NCBI GenBank assembly: GCA_036679605.1
Contig: JAZDCZ010000251.1
Span: 1 to 64,000 of the forward strand
Source: Gemmatimonadota bacterium
Lineage (GTDB): Bacteria > Gemmatimonadota > Gemmatimonadetes > Gemmatimonadales > GWC2-71-9
Direction: 5' to 3'
DNA: 64,000 nucleotides
Under the pieces are notes generated by a model. The model saw nothing but the letters and a program-made list of their open reading frames with translations. It did no database searches and had not been told where the DNA came from. Below are positions 39,763-50,385 of the stretch, in pieces. The first letter of the stretch is position 1, and each line of letters begins with the position of its first letter. The position numbers and the translations under genes were made by a program.

Positions 39763-41195
39763 TGAAGACCGATCTGTTCATCAGCAATGAATGGCGGCAA
39801 GCAGCATCCGGCAACACGATGGACGTTACGAATCCCGCCACCGAAGAGGTAATAGCCTCGGTGGCGGCTGCCGGTGAAGATGATGTGAACGCTGCCGTCC
39901 AGGCGGCACGCTCATGCTTCGATAGCAGCGAGTGGCGCACGTTGCCTGCGCGCAAGCGCGGCGCCATGCTTTACCGAGCGGGCGAACTTCTCACAGAACG
40001 CCGCAACGAGATAGCAAAACTCGAAACGCTCCACAACGGGAAGCCGTTGTTCGAGTCTAAGATCGACGTTGCGATGAGTGCCGAAACACTCAAGTACTAT
40101 GCAGGTTGGGCCGACAAGCTGAGCGGCGACGTGCTCTCGGTCAACACGGGAGACTTCGTCTACACGGACAGGGAGCCGCTTGGAGTTGTGGCCGCTATCG
40201 TGCCGTGGAATTTCCCGCTGAATCTAGCGAGCTGGAAATTCGCGCCCGCTTTGGCAGCAGGCTGCACGGTCATCCTCAAACCTGCAAGTGAAACGCCTCT
40301 CACCGCGTTGGCGATGGGCGAGATCATGCAGGAAGCAGGTTTTCCTCCCGGCGCCTTCAACGTGCTGTCGGGTTCCGGCAGCGTTGCCGGCAATGCGTTG
40401 GTCAAGCATCCCGATGTCGACAAGATCGCTTTCACGGGTTCAACCGAGGTCGGTAAGCGCATCATGCGCGATGCCGCCGATACCGTTAAGCGCGTGACGC
40501 TGGAACTGGGCGGCAAGAGTCCCAATATCATTTTTGCTGATGCGGATTTGAAGTCGGCAGTGCGCGGCGCCCAGAACGGAATTTTTTATGGCAAGGGCGA
40601 GGTCTGCGCGGCCGGATCGCGGCTGCTTGTTGAGCGTTCCGTGCACGATCAGGTAGTGGAACAACTCGCCGCACGAGCCAAACGACTCGTGCCCGGCGAT
40701 CCATTCGAGAAAGACACGAGACTCGGCGCGGTCGTTTCCAAGGCCCAACAAGAAACGGTTCTCTCCTACATCGAAGCGGGCAAGAGCGAGGCGACGCTCG
40801 TGGCAGGCGGTAGTGCGGCCCAGGTGAACGGCAAGGGATACTTCGTCGAGGCCACGGTGTTCGACGACGCAAAGCCCGGCATGAAGATCGTGGAAGAAGA
40901 GATCTTTGGCCCCGTGCTATCGGTCCTGTCGTTCGACGACGTGGACGAAGCCATTGAATTAGCGAACAAGACGATGTACGGGCTGGCCGCCGGTATCTGG
41001 ACAAAGGACATCCAGAAGGCGTTCCGGGTCGCACGTTCCGTTCGGGCGGGCACGGTCTGGGTCAACACGTACAACATGTACGACTCTGCGGCACCGTTCG
41101 GCGGATTCAAGGCGAGCGGGTTCGGACGCGACCTGGGTCGTGAAGCGCTCAACGGATATACCGAAACCAAGACTGTTTGGGTGGGGCTCCGGTGA
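39762..41195 (+). CDS. Aldehyde dehydrogenase
   Basis: PWNFP, KPASETP, FTGSTEVG, LELGGKSP, GEVCAAGSR, EEIFGPV. Confidence 0.96.
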   Translation: MKTDLFISNEWRQAASGNTMDVTNPATEEVIASVAAAGEDDVNAAVQAARSCFDSSEWRTLPARKRGAMLYRAGELLTERRNEIAKLETLHNGKPLFESKIDVAMSAETLKYYAGWADKLSGDVLSVNTGDFVYTDREPLGVVAAIVPWNFPLNLASWKFAPALAAGCTVILKPASETPLTALAMGEIMQEAGFPPGAFNVLSGSGSVAGNALVKHPDVDKIAFTGSTEVGKRIMRDAADTVKRVTLELGGKSPNIIFADADLKSAVRGAQNGIFYGKGEVCAAGSRLLVERSVHDQVVEQLAARAKRLVPGDPFEKDTRLGAVVSKAQQETVLSYIEAGKSEATLVAGGSAAQVNGKGYFVEATVFDDAKPGMKIVEEEIFGPVLSVLSFDDVDEAIELANKTMYGLAAGIWTKDIQKAFRVARSVRAGTVWVNTYNMYDSAAPFGGFKASGFGRDLGREALNGYTETKTVWVGLR

Positions 41196-42391
41196 GAGAC
41201 GCCTTCATCTGTTCCGCGGTGCGCACTCCCGTTGGCCGGCACGGTGGCGCGTTGGCGAGCGTCCGGCCCGACGACCTCGCCGCCACCGCGCTCAAGGCAG
41301 CGGTCGAGCGGGTGGATTTCGATCCGGCCAACATCGACGACGTGATCTTGGGGTGTGCCAATCAAGCAGGTGAGGACAACCGCAATGTCGCTCGGATGGC
41401 GTCGCTGTTAGCGGGCTTTCCCGTCGAGATTCCAGGACAGACCGTAAACCGACTATGCGGATCGGGACTACAAGCAGTTGCGAGCGCCGCGCACGCTATC
41501 AAGGCGGGAGAAGGCGATGCCTTTTTGGCCGGTGGTGTGGAAAGCATGACCCGCGCACCGTACGTCCAGTTGAAGCCTGCAACCGGCTGGGACAGGCGGC
41601 CGCTGCAAGTTGCGGATACCACTTTGGGTTGGCGCTTCGTCAATCCACGAATGCCCCGAGAGTGGACCATCGCGCTTGGGGCCACGGCGGAACTCGTGGC
41701 CAAAGAGCACGGGATCACGCGCGAAGAGCAGGACGCGTTTGCGCTCCAGAGCCAGCGCAAGACGGCAGCAGCAATGCAAGACGGCGTGTTCGGCGACGAG
41801 ATAGTTCCTGTCTCTGTCGCGCGACCGAAGGGTAAGGTCGAAAGGGTAAGCGTAGACGAACACCCACGGCCCGACGTAACTCTCGATCAACTGGCGAAAC
41901 TGAACCCCGCATTCGTGCAAACCAACGGCACCGTGACCGCGGGGTCCGCCAGCGGAATCAACGACGGGGCAGCGGCACTACTGGTAGTGGGTGGTACGCC
42001 ACATGGCCTGAACGGCCTAGAACCTTTGGCGCGAGTGGTTGGCAGCGCAGTCGCGGGAATCGATCCTGCCCGCATGGGTCTTGGACCGGTGCCGGCTACA
42101 CTCAAGTTGCTCGAGCGAACGGGCGTTAGTGTCCACGAGATCGACTTGGTCGAGATAAACGAGGCATTCGCTGCGCAGGCCATTGCATGCATCAGGGTAC
42201 TGAGCCTCGACCCCAGCCGAGTAAACATCTACGGCGGCGCCATCGCGCTGGGTCACCCCCTCGGGTGCAGTGGCGCCAAGATACTGACCACGCTAGTGCA
42301 CGCACTCAAGCGCACCGGCGGTCGCTATGGGCTGGCCACTATGTGTATCGGCGTGGGCCAAGGGATCTCCATGCTGGTCGAGCGATTGTGA
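41192..42391 (+). CDS. Thiolase, PaaJ/PcaF (3-oxoadipyl-CoA) type
   Basis: RPDDL, GCANQAGEDNRNVARM, NRLCGSG, NEAFA, GHPLG, CIGVGQG. GTGA overlap with ALDH. Confidence 0.93.
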   Translation: MRDAFICSAVRTPVGRHGGALASVRPDDLAATALKAAVERVDFDPANIDDVILGCANQAGEDNRNVARMASLLAGFPVEIPGQTVNRLCGSGLQAVASAAHAIKAGEGDAFLAGGVESMTRAPYVQLKPATGWDRRPLQVADTTLGWRFVNPRMPREWTIALGATAELVAKEHGITREEQDAFALQSQRKTAAAMQDGVFGDEIVPVSVARPKGKVERVSVDEHPRPDVTLDQLAKLNPAFVQTNGTVTAGSASGINDGAAALLVVGGTPHGLNGLEPLARVVGSAVAGIDPARMGLGPVPATLKLLERTGVSVHEIDLVEINEAFAAQAIACIRVLSLDPSRVNIYGGAIALGHPLGCSGAKILTTLVHALKRTGGRYGLATMCIGVGQGISMLVERL

Positions 42392-43179
42392 CCGAACCTC
42401 ACGTTCTCGTAACGACCGACGCCAGAGTTGCGACCATCACACTCAACCGGCCCGACAAGCTGAATGCGTTCGCCGGACAGATGCGTCAGGAACTAGCCGA
42501 CGCTGTGAGTCAAATGGCGAATGACGACACAGTCAGGGTCATAGTCATTACCGGCGCAGGCAGAGCCTTCTGTGCAGGTGCGGATATCGGATACATGAAA
42601 CAGTTGCTCGAGGACGACGACTATGAATCGGCGGAGGCCTTGGTTGAGGCTGGTCGCTCCGTAGTCACAACCATTCGGGCAACGGCCAAGCCCGTGGTCG
42701 CTTCACTCAACGGTGCTGCGGCCGGTGGAGGAGCCAACATGGCACTCGCCTGCGACATCCGCATTGCGTCGGACAGAGCAAGCATCGGTCAGACCTTTAA
42801 TAGAATCGGACTCCACCCCGACTGGGGCGGTACCTATTTCCTTCCTCGCCTAGTAGGACCATCAAAAGCCCTGGAACTGATTTTTTCGGCAGACATGTTG
42901 GATGCCCAAAGTGCTCTAGCCATTGGATTGTTCAACAGAGTTGTGCCGCATGGCGAGCTTGCACGTGAGACCGCTGCATTTGCACGAATGTTGGCGGAGA
43001 AGCCGCCGATCTCTTTGGCGCTTGCCAAGGAGGCCATCTACCGCAGCGATGAGAGCAATCTCAATCAAATGCTGGATGTAGAGTTGGACCATCAGCTCCG
43101 CTGTTTCAAGAGTCACGACGCCAAGGAAGGACTCCAGGCGTTCCTAGAAAAACGATCACCCCATTTTGAAGGCAGGTAG
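42388..43179 (+). CDS. PaaG-like enoyl-CoA isomerase/hydratase
   Basis: AFCAGAD, NGAAAGGGANMALACD, IGLHPDWGGTYFLPRLVG (Asp-type crotonase without the two Glu). GTGA overlap. Confidence 0.85.
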   Translation: MTEPHVLVTTDARVATITLNRPDKLNAFAGQMRQELADAVSQMANDDTVRVIVITGAGRAFCAGADIGYMKQLLEDDDYESAEALVEAGRSVVTTIRATAKPVVASLNGAAAGGGANMALACDIRIASDRASIGQTFNRIGLHPDWGGTYFLPRLVGPSKALELIFSADMLDAQSALAIGLFNRVVPHGELARETAAFARMLAEKPPISLALAKEAIYRSDESNLNQMLDVELDHQLRCFKSHDAKEGLQAFLEKRSPHFEGR

Positions 43180-43182
43180 AGA

Positions 43183-44298
43183 ATGATTCGTAAGGTCCAC
43201 AACTGGGATGACTGGATCGACTACTTCTACTTCTGGCAGGATTCGATTGGGCTCGATCGATCGGAGTTACGTGACTTCGAGTTCGACATCAAGTTCGGCG
43301 AGCCCGAGGCCGGCGCGATCGAATTCGGCCACTACAAGGGACAACTCAAGTGGCCAAGCATAATGCACATTCCCGACCAGCGAATTCGCGATGCGCTCAT
43401 GAACTTGATCATCTATCAAGGTGACACCGAGTTTGCTTCGGTAGAGCAGCAGCGCAATCTCCTGCTTTCTCCGCCCAGCGACTACGACATGCAGGCGATC
43501 ATGCGCGTAATGTGCGAGGAGATGCGGCATGGCTGGCAGATGTCGTATCTGCTGTGCGAACATTTTGGTGATGAAGGCAAACGAGAAGCACAGAAGATGC
43601 TGGAGCGCACTGCGGACGAGGGTCAGCGCCTACTGGGTAGCTTCAATGAGCTGGTCGACAACTGGCTCGACTTCTTTACCTACACCCAGTTCATCGATCG
43701 CGACGGCAAATTCCAGCTCAAGATGCTGTCGACCTCTGCGTTCGAGCCGCTAGCACGCTCTATGGGACCGATGCTCAAAGAGGAGAGTTTCCACCTCGGC
43801 ACCGGCAACAACGGTTTGCTCAGGATCATCAAGGCCGGGATCATTCCGCCGGAGATCATGCAGCACTTCTTCAACAAGTGGGTACCGACGGCATTCGATC
43901 TGTTTGGGACCGATCACTCGTCGTCGGCACACTGGGCCTACGTGTGGGGTCTGAAAGGCCGGTTCGACGAGCGCGAGAACCCCGTCGAGGCCGACAAGGA
44001 CGCTCTGAACGACATGTCGCGCCAGCTCTATCGGCAGGAATGCGTGCGCCTGGTCGACAGACTCAACAAATTCATTCCCGACCGCGACCGCTGGCTGATG
44101 ATCCCAGACATCAAGTTCAATCGGAGTATAGGCGAACACGCGCACATGCATTACGATGTCCACGGGAATGAACTGAGCGCCAATCGCTACGAGAAGTACA
44201 TAGCATCCGTGACGCCCTCCAAGGACGATTACGATCTAGTGCACAAGCTCACGAAGGAGCCCGACTGGATCGAAGCCCGCGAAATCTCAAAGAATTGA
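43183..44298 (+). CDS. Short BoxB-like di-iron aryl-CoA epoxidase subunit
   Basis: QGDTEFASVEQQR, EEMRH, WLDFF....F.DRDGKFQL, F.PLAR, EESFH. Confidence 0.88.
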   Translation: MIRKVHNWDDWIDYFYFWQDSIGLDRSELRDFEFDIKFGEPEAGAIEFGHYKGQLKWPSIMHIPDQRIRDALMNLIIYQGDTEFASVEQQRNLLLSPPSDYDMQAIMRVMCEEMRHGWQMSYLLCEHFGDEGKREAQKMLERTADEGQRLLGSFNELVDNWLDFFTYTQFIDRDGKFQLKMLSTSAFEPLARSMGPMLKEESFHLGTGNNGLLRIIKAGIIPPEIMQHFFNKWVPTAFDLFGTDHSSSAHWAYVWGLKGRFDERENPVEADKDALNDMSRQLYRQECVRLVDRLNKFIPDRDRWLMIPDIKFNRSIGEHAHMHYDVHGNELSANRYEKYIASVTPSKDDYDLVHKLTKEPDWIEAREISKN

Positions 44299-44978
44299 CG
44301 CGCGTCATCGCACACCGCGGCGCATCGGGCAAGGAGTTGGAGAACACGCTCGCTGCGTTCCGTACGGCGGTGGCACTCGGTGCGGACGGCGTTGAACTCG
44401 ACGTTCATGTAACATCTGACGCGGTTGTGGTCGTACATCACGACGACACGATCGCCGGCATGCCGATTCGCGATAAATCCCTGGACGAATTGCGCACGCA
44501 ACCTCTCGGCAACGGCGAACCGATCCCTACGTTGGATGACGTGCTGAGAGAGTTAAGTGATGCCGTAGAGGTCTTTGTCGAAGTAAAAGAGCTACCTGCC
44601 GAGCATGACGCCACGCTGTTGTCGGTACTGGATAGCGGGCCGGCGTATCAGCGCTACCGAGTTCACTCGTTCGACCATCGCATAGTGAAGAGGCTCCGCG
44701 AAGCAAGACCTTCCCTACCCTGCGGTGTGCTGTCGACCTCCTATTTGCTCGATCCGCTAGCGCAGGTCCAGGACGCCATGGCTACGAGCCTTTGGCAAGA
44801 GCAGTCGCTAATCGATCGCGATCTCGTGGATCTCACGCACAACGAAAACATCGAAGTTTACGCGTGGACGGTGAACGACATTGACCGCATGCGCGAATTG
44901 GTGGGGCTCGGTGTTGATGCTATTTGTACGAATCATCCTGACATCGCCCAAAAGGTTGTCACCGGCTCAGAAGTCTAA
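44295..44978 (+). CDS. Glycerophosphodiester phosphodiesterase
   Basis: IAHRGAS..ENTL.AF, ELDVH, HHD, EVK, SFD, WTVND, TNHPD. Confidence 0.93.
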   Translation: MTRVIAHRGASGKELENTLAAFRTAVALGADGVELDVHVTSDAVVVVHHDDTIAGMPIRDKSLDELRTQPLGNGEPIPTLDDVLRELSDAVEVFVEVKELPAEHDATLLSVLDSGPAYQRYRVHSFDHRIVKRLREARPSLPCGVLSTSYLLDPLAQVQDAMATSLWQEQSLIDRDLVDLTHNENIEVYAWTVNDIDRMRELVGLGVDAICTNHPDIAQKVVTGSEV

Positions 44979-45010
44979 TGGCCCGGGTTAATGGGCCGTT
45001 GTCGGCGGAC

Positions 45011-45109
45011 TGTTGTCAGCGGCTCAGAGCCGCTACTCGGCTGATGTCGCTGATAGCGACAGTCACGCACCATCTTTTCATTCGGGGACGTAGTAGTGGA
45101 GGGAGTAGG
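45011..45109. repeat. Hairpin-rich direct repeat, copy A
   Basis: 45011-45060 matches 51865-51914 at 49/50. 45062-45109 is a diverged match to 52029-52076. Confidence 0.9.
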
Positions 45110-45159
45110 ACACAGATGGACGCAGAATACGCTGATGACTAAGAGCGCTAGTGCGCGCG

Positions 45160-45720
45160 CCACTCACGGTCCGGGCTCCCGAGCAATCAGCGATTCTTCC
45201 GTTCCCCTACACTCGGTCAACACTTCCGTCCTTCCTCACCTTGACAAGTACCATCCGCACCGGATCTCACTCCCCTTCCAACGTGAACTGCACGGAGGTC
45301 GCGGATGTACGCTTCACACCAGCCGCAGATCCCAGAGTCACGAACTTGAGAAGTGCGCTCCCCAGTCCGGCAAAGCTGATCGACTTCTTCTTTTTCTCCG
45401 TTCCGAGAAAGACGAAATGCCTGGCCTCATAAACCTGCGAAGCAATGTAGAATTGTCCGTGTCGTCATCCGTCAACTTTCCTAACCGGCGGGCTACAGCG
45501 AACAAGTTGCTGATTCTCTTTCCAGTCACCCGAGGCGTACGGATGAAGAACGCGTTCTCTGTACGAAAACTGATCCTGAACTCGGCCTTGGCTTCAAGAT
45601 CCAACTGGTCGAATCCGATCTCGCCTTCCAGCCGTACGAAGGTTCGCGAGACGCCCTGCAGCTACAGAGAAATGTTCCCTTCCTTGTCCAGATTTCGTGT
45701 GTTGATACAATTGATGCCTG
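45160..45720 (-). pseudogene. Possible decayed gene remnant, family unknown
   Basis: Protein-like reading (..LQGVSRTFVRLEGEIGFDQLDL..; ..HFVFLGTEKKKKSISFAGLG..) broken by stops and a frame change. Confidence 0.3.
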
Positions 45721-45726
45721 ATAACC

Positions 45727-46908
45727 CTATCTCTTGTCCACAAGTCTTCCACGCACAACATAGAACACATCCAACGAATCCCGAACGATCGAATAGATCG
45801 TATTCCGTATGATCAACGGATGCCACACGTCAATCACACTCCACGGCGCGTCAACCGACCATAAGTACCGCCCTTCGAGATCAAAAACATCGAAAACGGT
45901 ATTCTTCCCACGGGTCACCCGCCTAACCCACAATCGCCCTTCGTCATCGAGGTCGATATTCTCAATGAAGGGGTGTACCTTCGGTAACATCGTACGGTCC
46001 AGCTCAGTGTACCGCGACCAACGATCCATTCTTGGTTCGAGCACAGCCAATGCCTCATCAACCTCGCCATCCGTCACCTTCAGCTGCGCATTGTTCACTT
46101 CAATGACGAGGGTGGTATCGAGCCCAAATGTTGTCCGGTAAATAGCGTACTCATTTGTCCGAGTAGACCAGATGTTGCCGTTTCGGTCAACGATCCAATG
46201 GAACCTGGGTGCGAAGGGCATATCCATCGTACCTCTGGGTATCTCGATCTTCACTTCGTACTCCCCTAGATCATCGATGAGCTGTACCGAATCTTGAACT
46301 CCTGATCGCGGGTCAAATCGCCTTACGAACCCGGCCAGCACTCCCGTGGAATATCCCAGCCCCTCGTCGTAAACCAAGCCGTTGTCGTCAATGCCTCCCT
46401 GCCAGAAAAAACTACGCATGATGGAGTTCATTCTAAATGACTCGATCAACTTGCCACTCGCATTGAATTCGGACAACCGACGGTTACCTCCGTCCAGCAC
46501 CCAAAGTGTCCCCTCAGGGGACCACTTCAAACCCCGCGCCGACTTAAACTCAGCGGGTCCCTCCCCAAGTCGTCCAAATGCGAACTTGAACGTTCCGGTG
46601 GAGTCGAAGACCCGGATTTCCTGACCAATGTGGTCGAGCACGTACACGGATCCAGATTTATCAACTGCAACACCAGTAACCGAACTGAATACATCTCTGC
46701 CATTCCCTTCCACAGCACCGATTCTTAGATCTTCCTTGATTATGCGGGTCGCCGTCAGTTGTGCTGGATACGTGTGGCGCACGTGCACGGTACCACCTCC
46801 ATCTTTGGAGGCGTGCACTTCGACAGCACCGTTCCAACTGGACTCCTGTTTGCATCCGGAAACGAGCGCCAGGTTGAGGTACAGGACAAAGTATATGCGT
46901 TGCGTCAT
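45727..46908 (-). CDS. 6-bladed beta-propeller (NHL-like) lipoprotein
   Basis: Lipobox VSG-C, EDLRIG...F..V.GVAVD..G.VYVLD, FGRLGEGPAEF, DDEGRLWV, FDVFD.EGRYL, RDSLDV.YV. Confidence 0.85.
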   Translation of the reverse strand: MTQRIYFVLYLNLALVSGCKQESSWNGAVEVHASKDGGGTVHVRHTYPAQLTATRIIKEDLRIGAVEGNGRDVFSSVTGVAVDKSGSVYVLDHIGQEIRVFDSTGTFKFAFGRLGEGPAEFKSARGLKWSPEGTLWVLDGGNRRLSEFNASGKLIESFRMNSIMRSFFWQGGIDDNGLVYDEGLGYSTGVLAGFVRRFDPRSGVQDSVQLIDDLGEYEVKIEIPRGTMDMPFAPRFHWIVDRNGNIWSTRTNEYAIYRTTFGLDTTLVIEVNNAQLKVTDGEVDEALAVLEPRMDRWSRYTELDRTMLPKVHPFIENIDLDDEGRLWVRRVTRGKNTVFDVFDLEGRYLWSVDAPWSVIDVWHPLIIRNTIYSIVRDSLDVFYVVRGRLVDKR

Positions 46909-46919
46909 GGCCTACGACC

Positions 46920-47963
46920 TCAATGTGCGATCATCATGCGACTTACGAGAGGAGAGCCAAGTGAGTCGGTACCAACAAGGACAAGAGACTCCTGATCGAA
47001 TCGAGTCGCCACAGTTGCGGCTACCTTCCACACTGCAACGTCAGCTGGGCCATCCCCATCGACTTTGATGAAGCGGAGAATCCCCGAGTCGCTCTCCGCC
47101 CAAACAACCATGTACGACTCTTGCTCCTGAGGCCAGATCATAATGGCCTTTGGGAACGTCCACCAGATCTCCTTGATGTGATCTGCACCGGAACCATAGT
47201 GGATTATGTTCTCTAGTACGTCGTCCCCGATGCCGGGACCTGTGGCTACTCGCAGGGTCTTGTTGGGTTCTGTCAGAAACACGTTTCCTGTCGTTGCCTG
47301 GGCGACAAGCGCTCGTGACTCATCCAGCATATAGATGGCCCCCCCAGCCACGATGGCACCGACATGATCTGAAGCTTCTCCTGGGAGTTGAAGTCCTGTG
47401 TGGGCTGTTGCTCCGCTGGTTGGCCAGAACCAGTGCACTTCCTGCTTCACAAGGTCAGGGCGTACCGTACCTCCCGTAAGGACAATAGTTGTGTCATCGT
47501 TAATCCTCAGATCTTTTGGGTTCACGACGAGTGGATCCACAACCATTTGGCGGATGAATTGAAGTTCCATATCCAACACTAACACCGCCTCATACCCTAA
47601 ATCGTACACAGCTGTCAGATTCCCTGAACCAGATGTTGCCACCAGATATGGTTGGCGAAAACCTCGGCCTGTCTCATCTAATCTCTTGACAACTCTGACG
47701 ACACTTCCGTTCTCACCGTCCAGGATAACCAAAGCGGCACGCTGGGGATCAGCAACTATCACTGTCTTCGAAGCACCTTTCATCTGTACTGACACCGACC
47801 GAGGTGCCTCTAACTCAATTTGGTCGACGGCTCTGATACTCCAGACATACTGCGGAACCCGACGCACCTGCGGCCGTTCGCCACCGCACGCTAATAGGGT
47901 TGTGCAAACAAGCAGGCAGATCACGTTCCTGAGGTCGTACGTGCAATTCGTTGACATTGGCAC
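46920..47963 (-). CDS. Divergent beta-propeller-like lipoprotein
   Basis: Lipobox LLA-C, NHL-like blades (LEAPRSV..VIVAD, FRQPYLV..AVYD). Confidence 0.65.
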   Translation of the reverse strand: MPMSTNCTYDLRNVICLLVCTTLLACGGERPQVRRVPQYVWSIRAVDQIELEAPRSVSVQMKGASKTVIVADPQRAALVILDGENGSVVRVVKRLDETGRGFRQPYLVATSGSGNLTAVYDLGYEAVLVLDMELQFIRQMVVDPLVVNPKDLRINDDTTIVLTGGTVRPDLVKQEVHWFWPTSGATAHTGLQLPGEASDHVGAIVAGGAIYMLDESRALVAQATTGNVFLTEPNKTLRVATGPGIGDDVLENIIHYGSGADHIKEIWWTFPKAIMIWPQEQESYMVVWAESDSGILRFIKVDGDGPADVAVWKVAATVATRFDQESLVLVGTDSLGSPLVSRMMIAH

Positions 47964-48034
47964 CGTCTTCGGATTCGCTGAGCTAGACTTGGCAGAGGTG
48001 ACGCACTCTGCCTTGCTGTCACCACGCCTGACAG

Positions 48035-48454
48035 CTAGCCACCTGCCATCGTACGACTGCCGTCACTAGACTTACCTTTGTCTTCACCGCCCGTACCTTC
48101 TGATGTGGCACCTTTCGTTGAGGTCACTACCACCCTTGATTCGCCATTGCACGGCTTGGTCCACATAATGTCGGGTGCTACCTCTAACGCCCAAATTTTT
48201 TCCCCAGATGTCAGCTGTACCTGGTCGCCCCAGTCTCTCAGCATAACACCCACAACGCAAATACCGCCGTTCTCACGGCAGCCCTCGAACGGCACCAATT
48301 CACAGTCGTTGCTACCGGTATTGTCGCCAAACCAAGGTACTGCCGTACACAGGGGGCATGTCTCACAGGCCTGAGCGACAAGGGGACGCGGCACGAAGCT
48401 TAATCCACAGACGATGAATGCACCTGCAAGTAACATTATCTTAATTCTTTGCAT
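48035..48454 (-). CDS. Small secreted Cys-rich protein / peptide precursor
   Basis: Strong RBS AGGAGG. Signal peptide ending LVA, then a 6-Cys core QACETCPLC-x14-C-x7-C-x6-C. Confidence 0.8.
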   Translation of the reverse strand: MQRIKIMLLAGAFIVCGLSFVPRPLVAQACETCPLCTAVPWFGDNTGSNDCELVPFEGCRENGGICVVGVMLRDWGDQVQLTSGEKIWALEVAPDIMWTKPCNGESRVVVTSTKGATSEGTGGEDKGKSSDGSRTMAGG

Positions 48455-48592
48455 CGTAGATTCCTCCTGGTAGTTACATGTCATTTGTCACTCCCCCCAA
48501 GCCAGCTCAGCGAATCCATTCACTGCCAATTCCTCGGCTTTCCTCATCAGATTGCGGCGCCCTTCCGACCGTCGTGATCATGTTCCGTCGTT

Positions 48593-50068
48593 CTATCTCT
48601 CCGACAAGAGCGCTATTAGGGCAGCTGGGCTACCTGCGCGAGACAACAGATCACTGGCCAGCTCCAGGACCGTATCCTTGTGGTAGTTAAGACTCCTGGT
48701 TTCCCGAACGTCGATTACCCCATCCGCACTCTCGACCTGCCCAAGCACGATGTCAGGAAGGATCCCTGGTCCGGGATCCAGCGGTCGCCCCCCGTCGGAC
48801 CGGTATACTGTTCTTGGCTCCCGAAAGAGTCGAGGTGCATCGACGAAGGGAGGGCCCCCGTTTCGCGAGAGTTGCGCACCCGAGACGCGACCGACCGATC
48901 GACCAGTTGGCGTGTACCACCGTGAAGTAGTGATCCGCATTGCGGCACCATCAGGAAGGGGGTACAAGCCGTATGTCACACCCTTCCCGAACGTTCGTTG
49001 ACCGATCAACACCGCACGATCGTGATCCTGGAGAGCACCTACAATTGCCTCGGCAGCACTTGCAGTCCCTTGATCGATTAGTACTACGATCGGCATATCG
49101 GGCCACCGCTGTCGACGCTCCGAAATCTCGAGATGTGGGCGAACGGGCTGCCTAAAGCGCTGTTCCACTATGACCAGACCGCTGTCGAGGAAGAGTTCCG
49201 CTATTCTTCTTGCCTGACTGCTGATACCGCCCGGGTTGTCCCGAAGATCAAGAATGAGAGCACGCATACCTCGGTCGCGCAAAACGTCGATCCGCCGCAT
49301 AAGATCACGCGCGGCATTCTGACTGACAACGCGAAGCCGCACGTAGCCCATCGTAGAATCCAGCATCGTCCATTGTGTGATCGAACTGACCTCCACGTAT
49401 CCTCGCTTGAGGCTTATTGACACGGGTTCAGTCGTGGCTTTCTGAAGCGCTTTGATGCGGACAACGGTACCTGGGTTCCCTCGCAAGGCGCTAGCAGCCC
49501 GCGTGGCTGACCAATTCCAGGTTGATTGCCCGTCTATCTCAACGATACGATCACCACCCTGTAATCCCACTCGTGCGGCCGGGCCCCCAGGAGTAGGGGT
49601 AACGATCTGAATCAAGCCGTTGTGGGACTCAACCCCAGCACCGATTCCGGAGTACGAACCGCTCGCCAATGTCGTCAGCGCATGATACGAACTCTTCTCC
49701 ACATATGCGGTATAGGGATCATCGATTCGGGCGATCAATCCCTCAATGGCCAGCTGATATACGTCTGAACGACTGATCGAATCCACGTAGTGGTCTGCGA
49801 TGTATGTGATCATCCTGTCAAGAGTCCGGGCTTTGCTCGTCTCTAGTTGTACCGCACCTCCTAAGCCCCCCGCTCCACTTACCTCGCCGTTTGGAGCCCT
49901 TAAAGACACAACTAGACGGTCTCGATCCATTTCCGCACTGTAGTCAGTTGCGGTCTTCCCACGCGCGCAGGCGAACGACACCGACAGTGTCAGGACTGCC
50001 CACCGAACTCCTACGTCGACTCTCGGTCCGCCCCGGACAAGCGGGCCAAATAACGTGGTCCGCATCAT
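48593..50068 (-). CDS. S41 C-terminal processing peptidase (CtpA-like) with PDZ domain
   Basis: DDPYT, YSGIG, PDZ (GGPAARVGL.GDRI), DLRDNPGG, TASAAE, TFGKG. RBS GAGGAG, possible lipobox SFA-C. Confidence 0.92.
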   Translation of the reverse strand: MMRTTLFGPLVRGGPRVDVGVRWAVLTLSVSFACARGKTATDYSAEMDRDRLVVSLRAPNGEVSGAGGLGGAVQLETSKARTLDRMITYIADHYVDSISRSDVYQLAIEGLIARIDDPYTAYVEKSSYHALTTLASGSYSGIGAGVESHNGLIQIVTPTPGGPAARVGLQGGDRIVEIDGQSTWNWSATRAASALRGNPGTVVRIKALQKATTEPVSISLKRGYVEVSSITQWTMLDSTMGYVRLRVVSQNAARDLMRRIDVLRDRGMRALILDLRDNPGGISSQARRIAELFLDSGLVIVEQRFRQPVRPHLEISERRQRWPDMPIVVLIDQGTASAAEAIVGALQDHDRAVLIGQRTFGKGVTYGLYPLPDGAAMRITTSRWYTPTGRSVGRVSGAQLSRNGGPPFVDAPRLFREPRTVYRSDGGRPLDPGPGILPDIVLGQVESADGVIDVRETRSLNYHKDTVLELASDLLSRAGSPAALIALLSER

Positions 50069-50385
50069 GGGACTCCTCAACAACCGCCACCGTCCCTTTC
50101 CAGGCGGTACTTCTGCACGACCGGGAACTGGAATGTGCGGTTCGTGACAAAACAGAATCGATTGTCAAATGCGGCCCGAGCTTGTCCGAACAAAGCCGAG
50201 TGAACTCTCGTGCGCGTACGCTGCATCAGTAACTTGCCATTCGTAAGCGCAAGCAGCGCCATGACCAATGCTTTATGGGTCGCATGTCCCAAATTCCTTC
50301 TCGGAGTCAGGCATAGAATCTTCCGCGATGTCTTGAAACACCAGAAATTTCACAGACCATGACCCCTTTCTGTCTCTCCACTCCA

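Noticed and set aside
42187..42387. Long N-terminal extensions in the ORF track (also 52793, 57683, 20803, 1332)
   Set aside because: Downstream starts with an RBS or stop/start overlap fit the family lengths better.
45096..45812. 238-aa plus-strand ORF
   Set aside because: Ser/Pro/Arg-rich with no motifs, starts inside a repeat and overlaps the propeller gene antisense.
50077..50292. 71-aa TTG-start ORF upstream of the S41 gene
   Set aside because: No recognisable motif or signal peptide. It cannot be supported, though it is not excluded.
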